Shown piece by piece: positions 50,479 to 59,018 of a stretch of DNA of 64,000 nucleotides. The translations under genes and the position numbers were made by a program. The notes beneath the pieces were generated by a model that made no database searches, was not told the origin of the DNA, and saw nothing but the letters and a program-made list of their open reading frames with translations. Origin of the DNA: Candidatus Latescibacterota bacterium (lineage in GTDB: Bacteria; Latescibacterota; UBA2968); assembly GCA_965222605.1 (NCBI GenBank), contig OZ244960.1:3296001-3360000 (forward strand). Direction: 5' to 3'. Position 1 is the first letter of the stretch; the number at the start of each line of letters is the position of its first letter.

Positions 50479-50558
50479 TGTAGATTCCTCCTTCAGGTAT
50501 AATGGCTTTTACAATTGTCATAACATAGTGATTTTGCCAGTGAATAGCAAGTTAGAAA

Positions 50559-50720
50559 CTGATGTTACGCATGTCTCGCGTTTCTGTCATGCTGAGGAAG
50601 CCGATAGGCTGACGAAGCATCTTTTACCTATGCATATCGTTCAGGCAGCAGATTCTTCGACTCCGCTGCGCTCCGCTCAGAATGACAGGCGCATTATATT
50701 GTGCCTATGCGTAACGTCAG
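50559..50720. mobile_element. intact 162-bp MITE carrying an inverted REP-like doublet
   Basis: TIRs CTGATGTTACGCA / TGCGTAACGTCAG; TTAGAAA duplicated at 50552-50558 and 50721-50727; internal TGTCATGCTGAG...CTCAGAATGACA. Confidence 0.85.
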
Positions 50721-50750
50721 TTAGAAAGTGAACCCGCCAGTTGAATAAGG

Positions 50751-51109
50751 TCATATAAATTCTCGCAGATTGATTTGTTTCATACCTTCTTTAATGTATT
50801 CTAAACTCTTGCGATTTGATAAATCCAGTATGGGATGCTCAAAATCAATTTTCTCCGCCAATATACTTGCTACTTCTTTAGTCCAGTGGGACATACTCAT
50901 TTGAACAATATTGCCATTTATGGCTTCAGCCATTTGGACAATACGACTGCGTTCACCAATTCTATCCACTAAAATAATTGTCGACATGTAATGTGTCTGT
51001 CTGCCCAATTCTATCTCTCTTTCAAACCTCGATACTTTATCCAAAGATATCTCTGTATTCCCCGGCCCAATAAAACCAATGTCGAATCTTACACCAACAC
51101 CTGGTTCAT
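50751..51109 (-). pseudogene. CfrBI-like type II restriction endonuclease, C-terminal fragment
   Basis: YEPGVGVRFDIGFIGPGNTEISLDKVSRF; in frame with the N-terminal fragment once IS982 is removed. Confidence 0.8.
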
Positions 51110-52157
51110 ACGCGATGTGTGACTTCAAAATTTTACGAGACCGTCAAAATCCAGCGGGTCTCTGTAATTGATAATATTGAGAAAGACACACATGGTATGG
51201 GTTAAGATTTTGGTATGCCACAGGTTCAATAAGTGCCATGCATCTCGCACTTTCATGCGGGCAATATGTAAACGTTCTGTCAATTGTGCATAAACGGTTT
51301 CGACTAATCGCCTTGTGGCTTTCTTCGCTTTGGGCAAAATGAAAGGGGTGCGTTCAGGATTTTCTTTCATATTGGACTTTAAGGGTGTCTTTATGCGTAT
51401 GCGGTAGGTATCAAAACACCTTTTTTGCCAGTCCAAGTCCATAAATGCCGCATCTGCCAAGACGGTTGTCTCTCCCATCGTACCATTCAGGAGTGCGTCT
51501 CGGCAGTTCTTGTCGTGTCCATACGCTTGCAGGATCGGCGCGTGGACAATAAGACCATAATCCGTGATCCTAAGGCCACCCTTAAAGCCAAAATATGCTT
51601 CACTTTTGGCGGCACAAAAGCCTTTTGAGGGGGGAGGGAACTCAAAGACTGGCTCTCTTGTAAATATCTTGCGATAATGTCGCCTTGCCAGTTTACAGAT
51701 CGGTAAGGGTAGCGTATCTATGATCTGGCAGGATGCCTGATGCCCTTCCAAGCTGGCAACAATCCGCTGTTGCATCCACATCTTGACAACCCACAAATTG
51801 GCACATTGACGCACAAAGGCAGGACGGTCTTTCAAAGTGGGAAACCAATCTATGAAGTGTTCTTTCATCTGCTCATAAAGTTTTTTCTGGCTTGAATATC
51901 CCAAAAAGTGACCCACGATTTCTATGGTGAGGCATTCGGCATCACTTAAACCGGGGTCAAAGCCTGCCCGACGGGGCTTGCCATGCACCTTACAGAAAGC
52001 CGGATAGAGTTCGTCTTCAATAAAACAGTAGATTGCAATGACAAAAAGGTCTAAATTATACATCGGAGGTTCCTTTCGTTGAATGGCTTCTTGTTTAGTG
52101 AACAATTCAAGATAGCCGAGGAACCTCTTTTTCGCTATTTAAAGTCACACATCACGT
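51110..52157 (-). mobile_element. IS982-family element, 1048 bp
   Basis: TIRs ACGCGATGTGTGACTT / AAGTCACACATCACGT (15/16); 9-bp TSD CTGGTTCAT at 51101-51109 and 52158-52166. Confidence 0.9.
51125..52063 (-). CDS. IS982 family DDE transposase
   Basis: LSDAE, IIDTLPLPIC, YFGFK, LADAAF, RRLVETVY. Confidence 0.9.
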   Translation of the reverse strand: MYNLDLFVIAIYCFIEDELYPAFCKVHGKPRRAGFDPGLSDAECLTIEIVGHFLGYSSQKKLYEQMKEHFIDWFPTLKDRPAFVRQCANLWVVKMWMQQRIVASLEGHQASCQIIDTLPLPICKLARRHYRKIFTREPVFEFPPPSKGFCAAKSEAYFGFKGGLRITDYGLIVHAPILQAYGHDKNCRDALLNGTMGETTVLADAAFMDLDWQKRCFDTYRIRIKTPLKSNMKENPERTPFILPKAKKATRRLVETVYAQLTERLHIARMKVRDAWHLLNLWHTKILTHTMCVFLNIINYRDPLDFDGLVKF

Positions 52158-52887
52158 CTGGTTCATATAAAAGGGTGGCATCACTCTCTCGTTTTTTCCC
52201 TCGGTCGGATAACCAGTAAACTTTGTTGGTCTCATCAGTATTTTGGGGATCAATTTTCCGAAAGCCCAATAATGAGAGGAGGGAACCCAATATAAGCTTT
52301 TCAAACAACTTACCATACATTGATTTTTCGGAACCTCTAATCGCTAATGTTTGAGTGCCAATGGCAGCAAAAAGATAGAGAATGAATGGCCAATCCACCT
52401 TGCATTCCACGCCCTGGATTTTCAAAATACCTTCGAGTTCCCCATAGTCAATTTTACATTTATCCGTAGATTGTTTAAGTGATTCCTCAAGCGCATTGAG
52501 GTAATTATCAAATTCATTATCCCTACTTCTCAATACATTCTGGATACTTTTTCCTGTTAGACCGATACACCATTGCAAAAAAAGTTTTCTCTCATTCGGT
52601 ATTCTTGATCTTAGTTCGGTTTTTACAATCTCCGGGATCTTATCGACAAAATTCTCAATATCCTGACCAGACCTGAGAAAAGTCACAAATAGTGCTGCAT
52701 TTGAAAGCGTCAATCTTCTCCGGGTCAACCCTTCGGTTAAAGAACGGATATTCCCACCGCACAGGACAGAGGTCACAACTTCCTTAACGATATCCTCACC
52801 AATCCTGTCAATTACTTCAACACCTCGATACCTTGCCAGAGATTCACCAATACGGGGGATATTTTGCGATATTGTCTCATAAAACAT
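52158..52887 (-). pseudogene. CfrBI-like type II restriction endonuclease, N-terminal fragment
   Basis: GGNIRSLTEGLTRRR, TLAIRGSEKSMYGKLFEKL, RESDATL. Confidence 0.8.
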
Positions 52888-52901
52888 TGGTTTCTCCGGT
52901 T

Positions 52902-54092
52902 CTAAAATTCAATATAGTGCTTGATAGGTGCAACTGGCTCACAGTTTATCCAATTCACTTCTTCGACTTCCTGCTGCAACCAGTTCTCAATATTCTTCTT
53001 AATTTCATTAACATATTCTTCATTGATTTCAAATAGTACAAATCTCCTATTGAGTTTGGAGGCAGCTTTTCCAACTGTGCCAATGCCCGCAAAGGGATCG
53101 AGAATGACGTCATTCTTAAACGAATAGTATCGAATCACTTTCTCTGCAAGTTCTAATGGGAATATTGCTGGATGCTTTTTGCTGTGAGCAGGATGAATCT
53201 TCCAGATATTCGTTACCTCATACCCATCCTCAATTCGAGACGCTTTAACTCGTTTTTGATCTGGATGTTTTCTGATATGCCAATCAATCAATTTATCCGT
53301 GTTCTTTCGATAGACCAAAATATATTCTGTTATGGGGACAGATTTGTATTGCAACGGATTTCTATCAGCCGCAAATCTTCTACCTCGTCCAGTTGCCCAA
53401 CCAGCACCTTCCGGTTTTACCCATATTATATCATCAATAAACTCAAATCCTTCTTCGATAAAAATTCTGTGAATATCAAAAGGCACTGCTATTCTCTTAG
53501 AAGATTCATTTCGACTTGCTCTACGAATCAACACAGGCGATATGTTTATGACAAAAAACCGTCCTTCATTTAGAACTCTATGACACTGATGTATAATTTT
53601 TCTCATTTTGAGTAAGTATTCATCGTATTGAATGTAATCAGAATATTCAGGCCGAGCATTATAGTAAGGAGGAGACGTGAATACGAGATCAACCGATTCA
53701 GATGGTGTCTGCAAAAGCAGTTCTTCACTGTCTCCCAAACCAACTGAGTTTCTCAAATTTGAAATTTTAGGCACACCAGCTTTTTTTCGTTTTTTAGTTC
53801 TACCGTTTGTACGCCCGAGCAACCTTGCTTCTAAGATCTCCTTTTGAGTTGTCTTTGGTTCTTGTATCAAACTCGTATATGCATCAATTACTATCTCACC
53901 TATCTTATTGTTATCCTTACCCTTTAAGGGTACTCGCCAAAGATGGTATCGGTCATCTACTTCTGGCAGTCCAAACTCAATTGCCTTGTTAAGATCGATA
54001 TCTTTGAGATAATTAGTGGAAATCTGTTTTGCATCCTCAACATTTTTCACGCGATATTTTCGCTGATCATAAACTGTTATTTTTTTTGACAT
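52902..54092 (-). CDS. beta-class N4-cytosine DNA methyltransferase (M.CfrBI-like)
   Basis: FTSPPYY precedes DPFAGIGT; HPAIFP; adjacent to the endonuclease gene. Confidence 0.88.
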   Translation of the reverse strand: MSKKITVYDQRKYRVKNVEDAKQISTNYLKDIDLNKAIEFGLPEVDDRYHLWRVPLKGKDNNKIGEIVIDAYTSLIQEPKTTQKEILEARLLGRTNGRTKKRKKAGVPKISNLRNSVGLGDSEELLLQTPSESVDLVFTSPPYYNARPEYSDYIQYDEYLLKMRKIIHQCHRVLNEGRFFVINISPVLIRRASRNESSKRIAVPFDIHRIFIEEGFEFIDDIIWVKPEGAGWATGRGRRFAADRNPLQYKSVPITEYILVYRKNTDKLIDWHIRKHPDQKRVKASRIEDGYEVTNIWKIHPAHSKKHPAIFPLELAEKVIRYYSFKNDVILDPFAGIGTVGKAASKLNRRFVLFEINEEYVNEIKKNIENWLQQEVEEVNWINCEPVAPIKHYIEF

Positions 54093-54129
54093 AATATCTC
54101 CAAGCACTCTACGAACACGAATTAAGTGG

Positions 54130-54215
54130 GCGGCTTAAACCATGTTGCAATGATAACCAAACCACTGGATTGCGGCTTAAACCATGCCGCAATGACAGCT
54201 AAAACCTTCTGGTTT
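54130..54215. repeat. tandem ~42-bp duplication of a GTCA-type REP palindrome
   Basis: GCGGCTTAAACCATG(TT/CC)GCAATGA present twice. Confidence 0.7.
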
Positions 54216-54392
54216 GAGTTAATAACAAACTTTTTTTACTGACCATTAAGGAATGTTTTTTAGATATAGTCAATTTATCGAGGAAAACAAGGATTTTTTG
54301 CAGTTTGCTATACTTTGAACAAGCGGCATACAACTTCCCAAGAAGCTCATTTGAAGGTTTTAATGGATCGTATTATTCAACTTTATGACAAT

Positions 54393-54962
54393 CTATTTTA
54401 CGGCGTATGTGCTCAGCGTTGTGTCGCCGTATTTTTTTTCTCGAGAGAGGATGAGGTTGGGAAAGGATTTGGGTAGCGTTGTTTGGGAGGCGTGTTGGAC
54501 GAGAACGCGGGCGTTGGGTGCGAGGATGGGGGTTGTTGCGAGGCGGGTGAGCAGGGCGCAGGACATGGGTTGCCCGTCTAATTGTTGGTGGTAGGGGGGG
54601 TCGAGGTATAGGATGTCAAATAGGGCATTCGAATGCGCGAGTTGGGGCAAGAGTTTCTGCGCGGGACGCGCGTAAAGCTGGATGCGGTCGTTGAGGTGCC
54701 AATTTTCTATAAGCTGTGCGATGAAGTGGTTGCAGCGGCGGTCGGGTTCATTGATGACCACCTGTGCGCCGCGGCTACAGGCTTCAAGGCCGATTTGACC
54801 AGAGCAGGAGAAGAGGTCGAGGAAATAACTGCCGTAGAGGATCTCGCCAAGGGAAGAGAATACGGCTTTTTTTACAAAGTCGGATGTGACGCGGGCATTG
54901 CCGTACTTTTTGTTGTTAAAGGGAATGCGGCGGCCCTTAAATTCGCCAGCGATGATGCGCAT
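54393..54962 (-). CDS. rsmD: 16S rRNA m2G966 methyltransferase RsmD-like
   Basis: MRIIAGEFKGR, LDLFSCSG, EACSRGA, DPPY, KKYGDT. Confidence 0.85.
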   Translation of the reverse strand: MRIIAGEFKGRRIPFNNKKYGNARVTSDFVKKAVFSSLGEILYGSYFLDLFSCSGQIGLEACSRGAQVVINEPDRRCNHFIAQLIENWHLNDRIQLYARPAQKLLPQLAHSNALFDILYLDPPYHQQLDGQPMSCALLTRLATTPILAPNARVLVQHASQTTLPKSFPNLILSREKKYGDTTLSTYAVK

Positions 54963-54973
54963 AAGAGAGTGTT

Positions 54974-57454
54974 TTAATTCCCATACCGGAAGCGCACTTC
55001 GCGTTCGATGCTCTTGCCACTGACCAGGTCGGTTACGATGACTTCGAGTGCGTTGACGCCGGGTTTGACTTCGTTGAGTACGATTTCGACGTATTCGCGC
55101 TCGTCGGCATCGCGTCCCGTGAGTTCGTTGGTGATGGCCACCTGGGTTTTGCTGGTTCTAAAGATAGCTCGCAACCCCGTGGCCACAGCACCAAATACGC
55201 CAACGGCGGGCATAGCACTGGAGCGAATGCGGTATTCGGTTTTGTAGCGGGTTTGTCCAAAGGTGTCTTTGGTCAGGTTGTAGATTTCAAAGTAGGCATA
55301 GACATTTTGCGTTGCGGCATAACTGCGTGTGGGAATGGGAATGATCCACACGTCTTCTTTTTGAAATTTTGCCGCGCCTTCTTCCGCGATGCTCGAGGCC
55401 AGTTGAATATCGCTGACTTGAAGCTCTGGGATTTGATAGTCTCTGACTTCGAGTCTTTGCCGGTAGAGTCCGGTGCGTCCAGATATGAGGTCTTTCATTT
55501 GTACTTGAAGTTCGTATTTGCCGGGCGGTACCTGTGTTTTGACAATTTCAGGCACAAAAGCTCCCTGTTCGGTTGCGCTGGGTACTTGCGCGCCGCGATA
55601 CGCGAACGCATCGGTTGTGCGATAGATGGATGTGTGACCTTCATTTGCCAGCGCAACGGCCAATTGTACGTGTATGAAACTCGAATCAGCTTCTTGTTCA
55701 ATTTCGACCTGCTCGGGCGGGATGCCGTAATAAATCTCGAGATTGGTTTGGCCGTCGGGCCCGCGGAAGTGCGCCAGATCATAGTAAAAATTGAGTATAT
55801 CGCCGGGAAGTCCAGGGCGATAAAAATCGGGCGAAGTCGATACGGTTTGCTGGTAGATGACTTCTGGCATGTGTTCGGTCATGCGGGCGATATAAACGAT
55901 GGCTTCGGCATCTTCGGTTGTGGCTTCGGGCAATGGGGCAAAGTCATAGCGTCCATTGCCCCATTCGTCGGTGAATGTGATCTCTATGCCCCCATTGAGT
56001 TGAATATAGGTCCAGGTCTCCCAGGGCACGGTATCAAACTCATTGCCAATGGTAACAGGTGCGTATCGGCCAAACTGCAGGCGGGTGTTGAGCTGTCCCG
56101 TTTGCTCATCAAGAACGCTTCCGATGGTGCCATCGCGCTCAAAGGGATTGCGCTCAAAACCGAGCCTGAAGTCCGCAGCCTCACCGCCTTCGGCCTCGGG
56201 GAGTTCGCCCATACTTTCATCGACGCCTTCGCCGGCTTCTTCGGACGTAAAACTCTCGTCGCCTATGTCGGAAGGACCGCCTGGATCAAAGAGGGAGCCT
56301 GTTTCGCGGTTGGTGCGAACGGGAAAGACCGGACCCGTGAAGGTGAAGAAGGCCGCTTCAGGACCGTAGATGTCAACGGCCATCTGCGTGCGCACGCGCT
56401 CTACTTCGGCGGTTTGGACAAAGTTGCGATCATTGGAGCGCGAGCGGTAGTCGGGTTCGCCATATCGGATATAAACGGCACCTCGCTCATCCCAGGGATA
56501 GACATTGGACGAAAAATAGGTGCGTGCATACCACGTGCGGCGGTAGTGTTCGATGACGCGCTCGTTGAGTTTGGTGAGAATGTCGGGGTCGCGGCGCGCC
56601 CAGAATTGCTCGCGATATGCCTGTTGTTCGGGACCCGGTGTGGTGGCGTGGTATTCTTCGAGTTCTATATCTGAGGCAACGTAAGCAATATTGGTGTAAT
56701 GTGCGCGTTCACTGCCTTCGATGTTGGCGAGATAACGCTCGAAGAGTTCAAGGGCTTTTTGCGTCTCGTCATTGTAAAAATGGCCCTGTGCGATAATGGG
56801 CAAGAGTTGAACGACGTCGGGGTTTGCCGAAAGGTAAGGGGCAATATATTCGAGAATTTTGTCAAATTCTTTGGCCTGTACACAGGCTAAACCGAAATAA
56901 TAAAGGCCCTCGGGGTTATCGGGTTCGAGTTCGACGTATTTCTGATAATACTGCATGGACCTGGTGTGGTCTTCTTGAAATCGCTCATAGACTTCGCCGA
57001 GCAACCGATAGGCCGGGCCGTAGTTGGGGTCGAGTTTGGTGGCGCGCTTGGCTTGGGCAATGGCTCTGCGAAAGTTGTAATAAGATTGCATTCCCCGCGT
57101 GGGTGCTTCGGCATACGTAAGGCCAAGTCCTACGTAGGCTTCGACGAGGCTTTTGTCGAGTTTTTTGGCCTTGTTGAAGGCATTTTCGGCTTCTTTGTAT
57201 TCTTTCCGTTTGAGGTAGATATAACCCAGTTGAGAATACACATGGGCGTCTTCGGGGAAAAGTTCTAAAATGCGTTGAAGGGTTGCCATGGCCTCGTTGA
57301 TTTCACCAGCTTGAATCTGACGTTGGCCCAGGGCAAACATCGTATTTCGGTAGGCTTTGTCTTGTTGAGGCGTTTCATCTTCTTCGGCAAAAAGAGGCAG
57401 TGCAATACAAGAGGCACAGCAGACAACCATCCAGAACCGCAATCCAATTTTCAT
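54974..57454 (-). CDS. secreted TPR-repeat GWxTD-domain protein
   Basis: Signal peptide, TPRs, FWARRDP...EHYRR...PWDERGAVYIRYGEPD, WETWTY. Confidence 0.82.
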   Translation of the reverse strand: MKIGLRFWMVVCCASCIALPLFAEEDETPQQDKAYRNTMFALGQRQIQAGEINEAMATLQRILELFPEDAHVYSQLGYIYLKRKEYKEAENAFNKAKKLDKSLVEAYVGLGLTYAEAPTRGMQSYYNFRRAIAQAKRATKLDPNYGPAYRLLGEVYERFQEDHTRSMQYYQKYVELEPDNPEGLYYFGLACVQAKEFDKILEYIAPYLSANPDVVQLLPIIAQGHFYNDETQKALELFERYLANIEGSERAHYTNIAYVASDIELEEYHATTPGPEQQAYREQFWARRDPDILTKLNERVIEHYRRTWYARTYFSSNVYPWDERGAVYIRYGEPDYRSRSNDRNFVQTAEVERVRTQMAVDIYGPEAAFFTFTGPVFPVRTNRETGSLFDPGGPSDIGDESFTSEEAGEGVDESMGELPEAEGGEAADFRLGFERNPFERDGTIGSVLDEQTGQLNTRLQFGRYAPVTIGNEFDTVPWETWTYIQLNGGIEITFTDEWGNGRYDFAPLPEATTEDAEAIVYIARMTEHMPEVIYQQTVSTSPDFYRPGLPGDILNFYYDLAHFRGPDGQTNLEIYYGIPPEQVEIEQEADSSFIHVQLAVALANEGHTSIYRTTDAFAYRGAQVPSATEQGAFVPEIVKTQVPPGKYELQVQMKDLISGRTGLYRQRLEVRDYQIPELQVSDIQLASSIAEEGAAKFQKEDVWIIPIPTRSYAATQNVYAYFEIYNLTKDTFGQTRYKTEYRIRSSAMPAVGVFGAVATGLRAIFRTSKTQVAITNELTGRDADEREYVEIVLNEVKPGVNALEVIVTDLVSGKSIEREVRFRYGN

Positions 57455-57696
57455 GGTATTCTCCCGATGTAAAAGTCGGAGGACCAGATGTGTTTTATTA
57501 TTTGTTAAAATATTGTAAGAACCTGTCTTTGTCAATAGATTCCAATCAGTTAAACCTCGTGCGTGAGACTATGTTGATAACGCTTGACTGATGGGGTGGT
57601 TCCGCTTTTTACAATTCTTTACTTGACCCCTTAAAAAAAAGAGTCTTATGTTGAGACAATGGACAAAAGAGGATCTAAAACATTGGGGGTAATTTT

Positions 57697-59013
57697 ATGT
57701 GGTATCGATTTTGTTGGATTGTCGCGTTCTGGGGGTTGATTTTTGAAAGTATTTCCGCAGATGCAATAGGAATTCCATGGGACTTGTCTGCGATAATGGG
57801 TTCTGTAACGATTGAGCAGGAGCAGAGGCAACGCTTTAATTTGCAGCCTCGCATACGAATTGGGAAACTGGATGCCGCTTTTGATCTGGAGCTTTTTTTA
57901 GACCATGAGGGGCGTATTCGGGATAGTGGATGGGATTTTTCGAGCCGACGAAGAGGTGCGAAGAGTCTGTTGCGAAAAATTCACTACCTGCGCTATGGAG
58001 ATCCCAATGATCGCAATCAGCGGCTGTCTTTGCACGTTGGTGCTTTGGAATGGGTGACATTGGGCACGGGACTGGTGATGCGCAATTATCGCAATACGTA
58101 CGGTTCGCCGGGGGTGAAACGCGCGGGTTTGGACATGAGAGTTCGCGATATTTTGGGGCGTTTGACAGTGCGCGCCCTGATCGGCGATTTGTTGGATTTA
58201 GAAGGTGGCGGACCTGTTTTTGGAGGGCGTGCCGAATTTCAACTGATTCCGCTATTGGATATGGGCGTCACGGCGGTTGTGGATATGGATCAACTTAGCG
58301 GTCTGCCCGATTCGATTCGCACAGATCTGCCGCGCGATGCGTTTGCAGCCGCGAGTGTTGATGTGGGCTATCCCTTTATCGATAGGCGGCATTTAAGGGC
58401 GAGGCTGTATGCGGGTGCTGGGCGAATTTTGGATGGGGATAGTGGCACGGGTCTCGCTTTGCCCGGTGTGAGTGTTAATGTGGGGCCGGCGCGCTTGCAA
58501 GGTGAGTATCGCTGGGTGAGCGGTCGGTTTCAGCCCGGGCATTTTGACGCGCTCTACGATGTCAATCGAGCGATTGTCGATCCGAGTACAGGGGCTATCA
58601 CCACGCGCGAAGCCACGTTGCAGTCTGCGTCGATGCAAGGGGTGTTTGGAGGGGCTTTTTTAAAAATTTACAGTATTCTGTTGGCAAGTGGGTCTTATCA
58701 GCACTTGCGCGGGGATGTCGGCGATGCACAAATTGTGGAAGGTCGCGTAGAATTCGTGCCAGAATTTTTGAAGCAGTTGCCCAAAATGAAGGTGATACGG
58801 GCCGAGGGGTATTTTGAGAAGCGCTTTCGAGACAGCAGCCTGAGAAACTTGTTTGATGGCACGCCTAATACGCGGTTTGGATATGTGGTTGTTCTGGAAC
58901 CAGTAAAGAATACGGGGGTGATATTGGAGGCTGAATTTACTTATCTGCCAGATGGTTCCGGCGGGTTTAAGCGTCAACGGATTTTGAATATTCAGACTGA
59001 GATAAAGCTTTAA
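57697..59013 (+). CDS. hypothetical outer-membrane beta-barrel-like protein
   Basis: Signal peptide, amphipathic strands, YLRYG and TLGTGLVMRNY. Confidence 0.65.
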   Translation: MWYRFCWIVAFWGLIFESISADAIGIPWDLSAIMGSVTIEQEQRQRFNLQPRIRIGKLDAAFDLELFLDHEGRIRDSGWDFSSRRRGAKSLLRKIHYLRYGDPNDRNQRLSLHVGALEWVTLGTGLVMRNYRNTYGSPGVKRAGLDMRVRDILGRLTVRALIGDLLDLEGGGPVFGGRAEFQLIPLLDMGVTAVVDMDQLSGLPDSIRTDLPRDAFAAASVDVGYPFIDRRHLRARLYAGAGRILDGDSGTGLALPGVSVNVGPARLQGEYRWVSGRFQPGHFDALYDVNRAIVDPSTGAITTREATLQSASMQGVFGGAFLKIYSILLASGSYQHLRGDVGDAQIVEGRVEFVPEFLKQLPKMKVIRAEGYFEKRFRDSSLRNLFDGTPNTRFGYVVVLEPVKNTGVILEAEFTYLPDGSGGFKRQRILNIQTEIKL

Positions 59014-59018
59014 GTCGT

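Noticed and set aside
50165-50502. ORF-track calls 50165-50347, 50167-50502 and 50235-50456
   Set aside because: No SD or motifs; the SD-linked frame is the UGA-containing minus-strand gene 50203-50478
54130-54215. Possible mini-CRISPR
   Set aside because: Only two units, the intervening sequences are similar to each other, the unit matches a REP at 30895, and no cas genes are present
47176-56674. Long antisense ORFs (47176-48252, 55253-56674)
   Set aside because: Mirror frames of well-supported genes with no protein motifs
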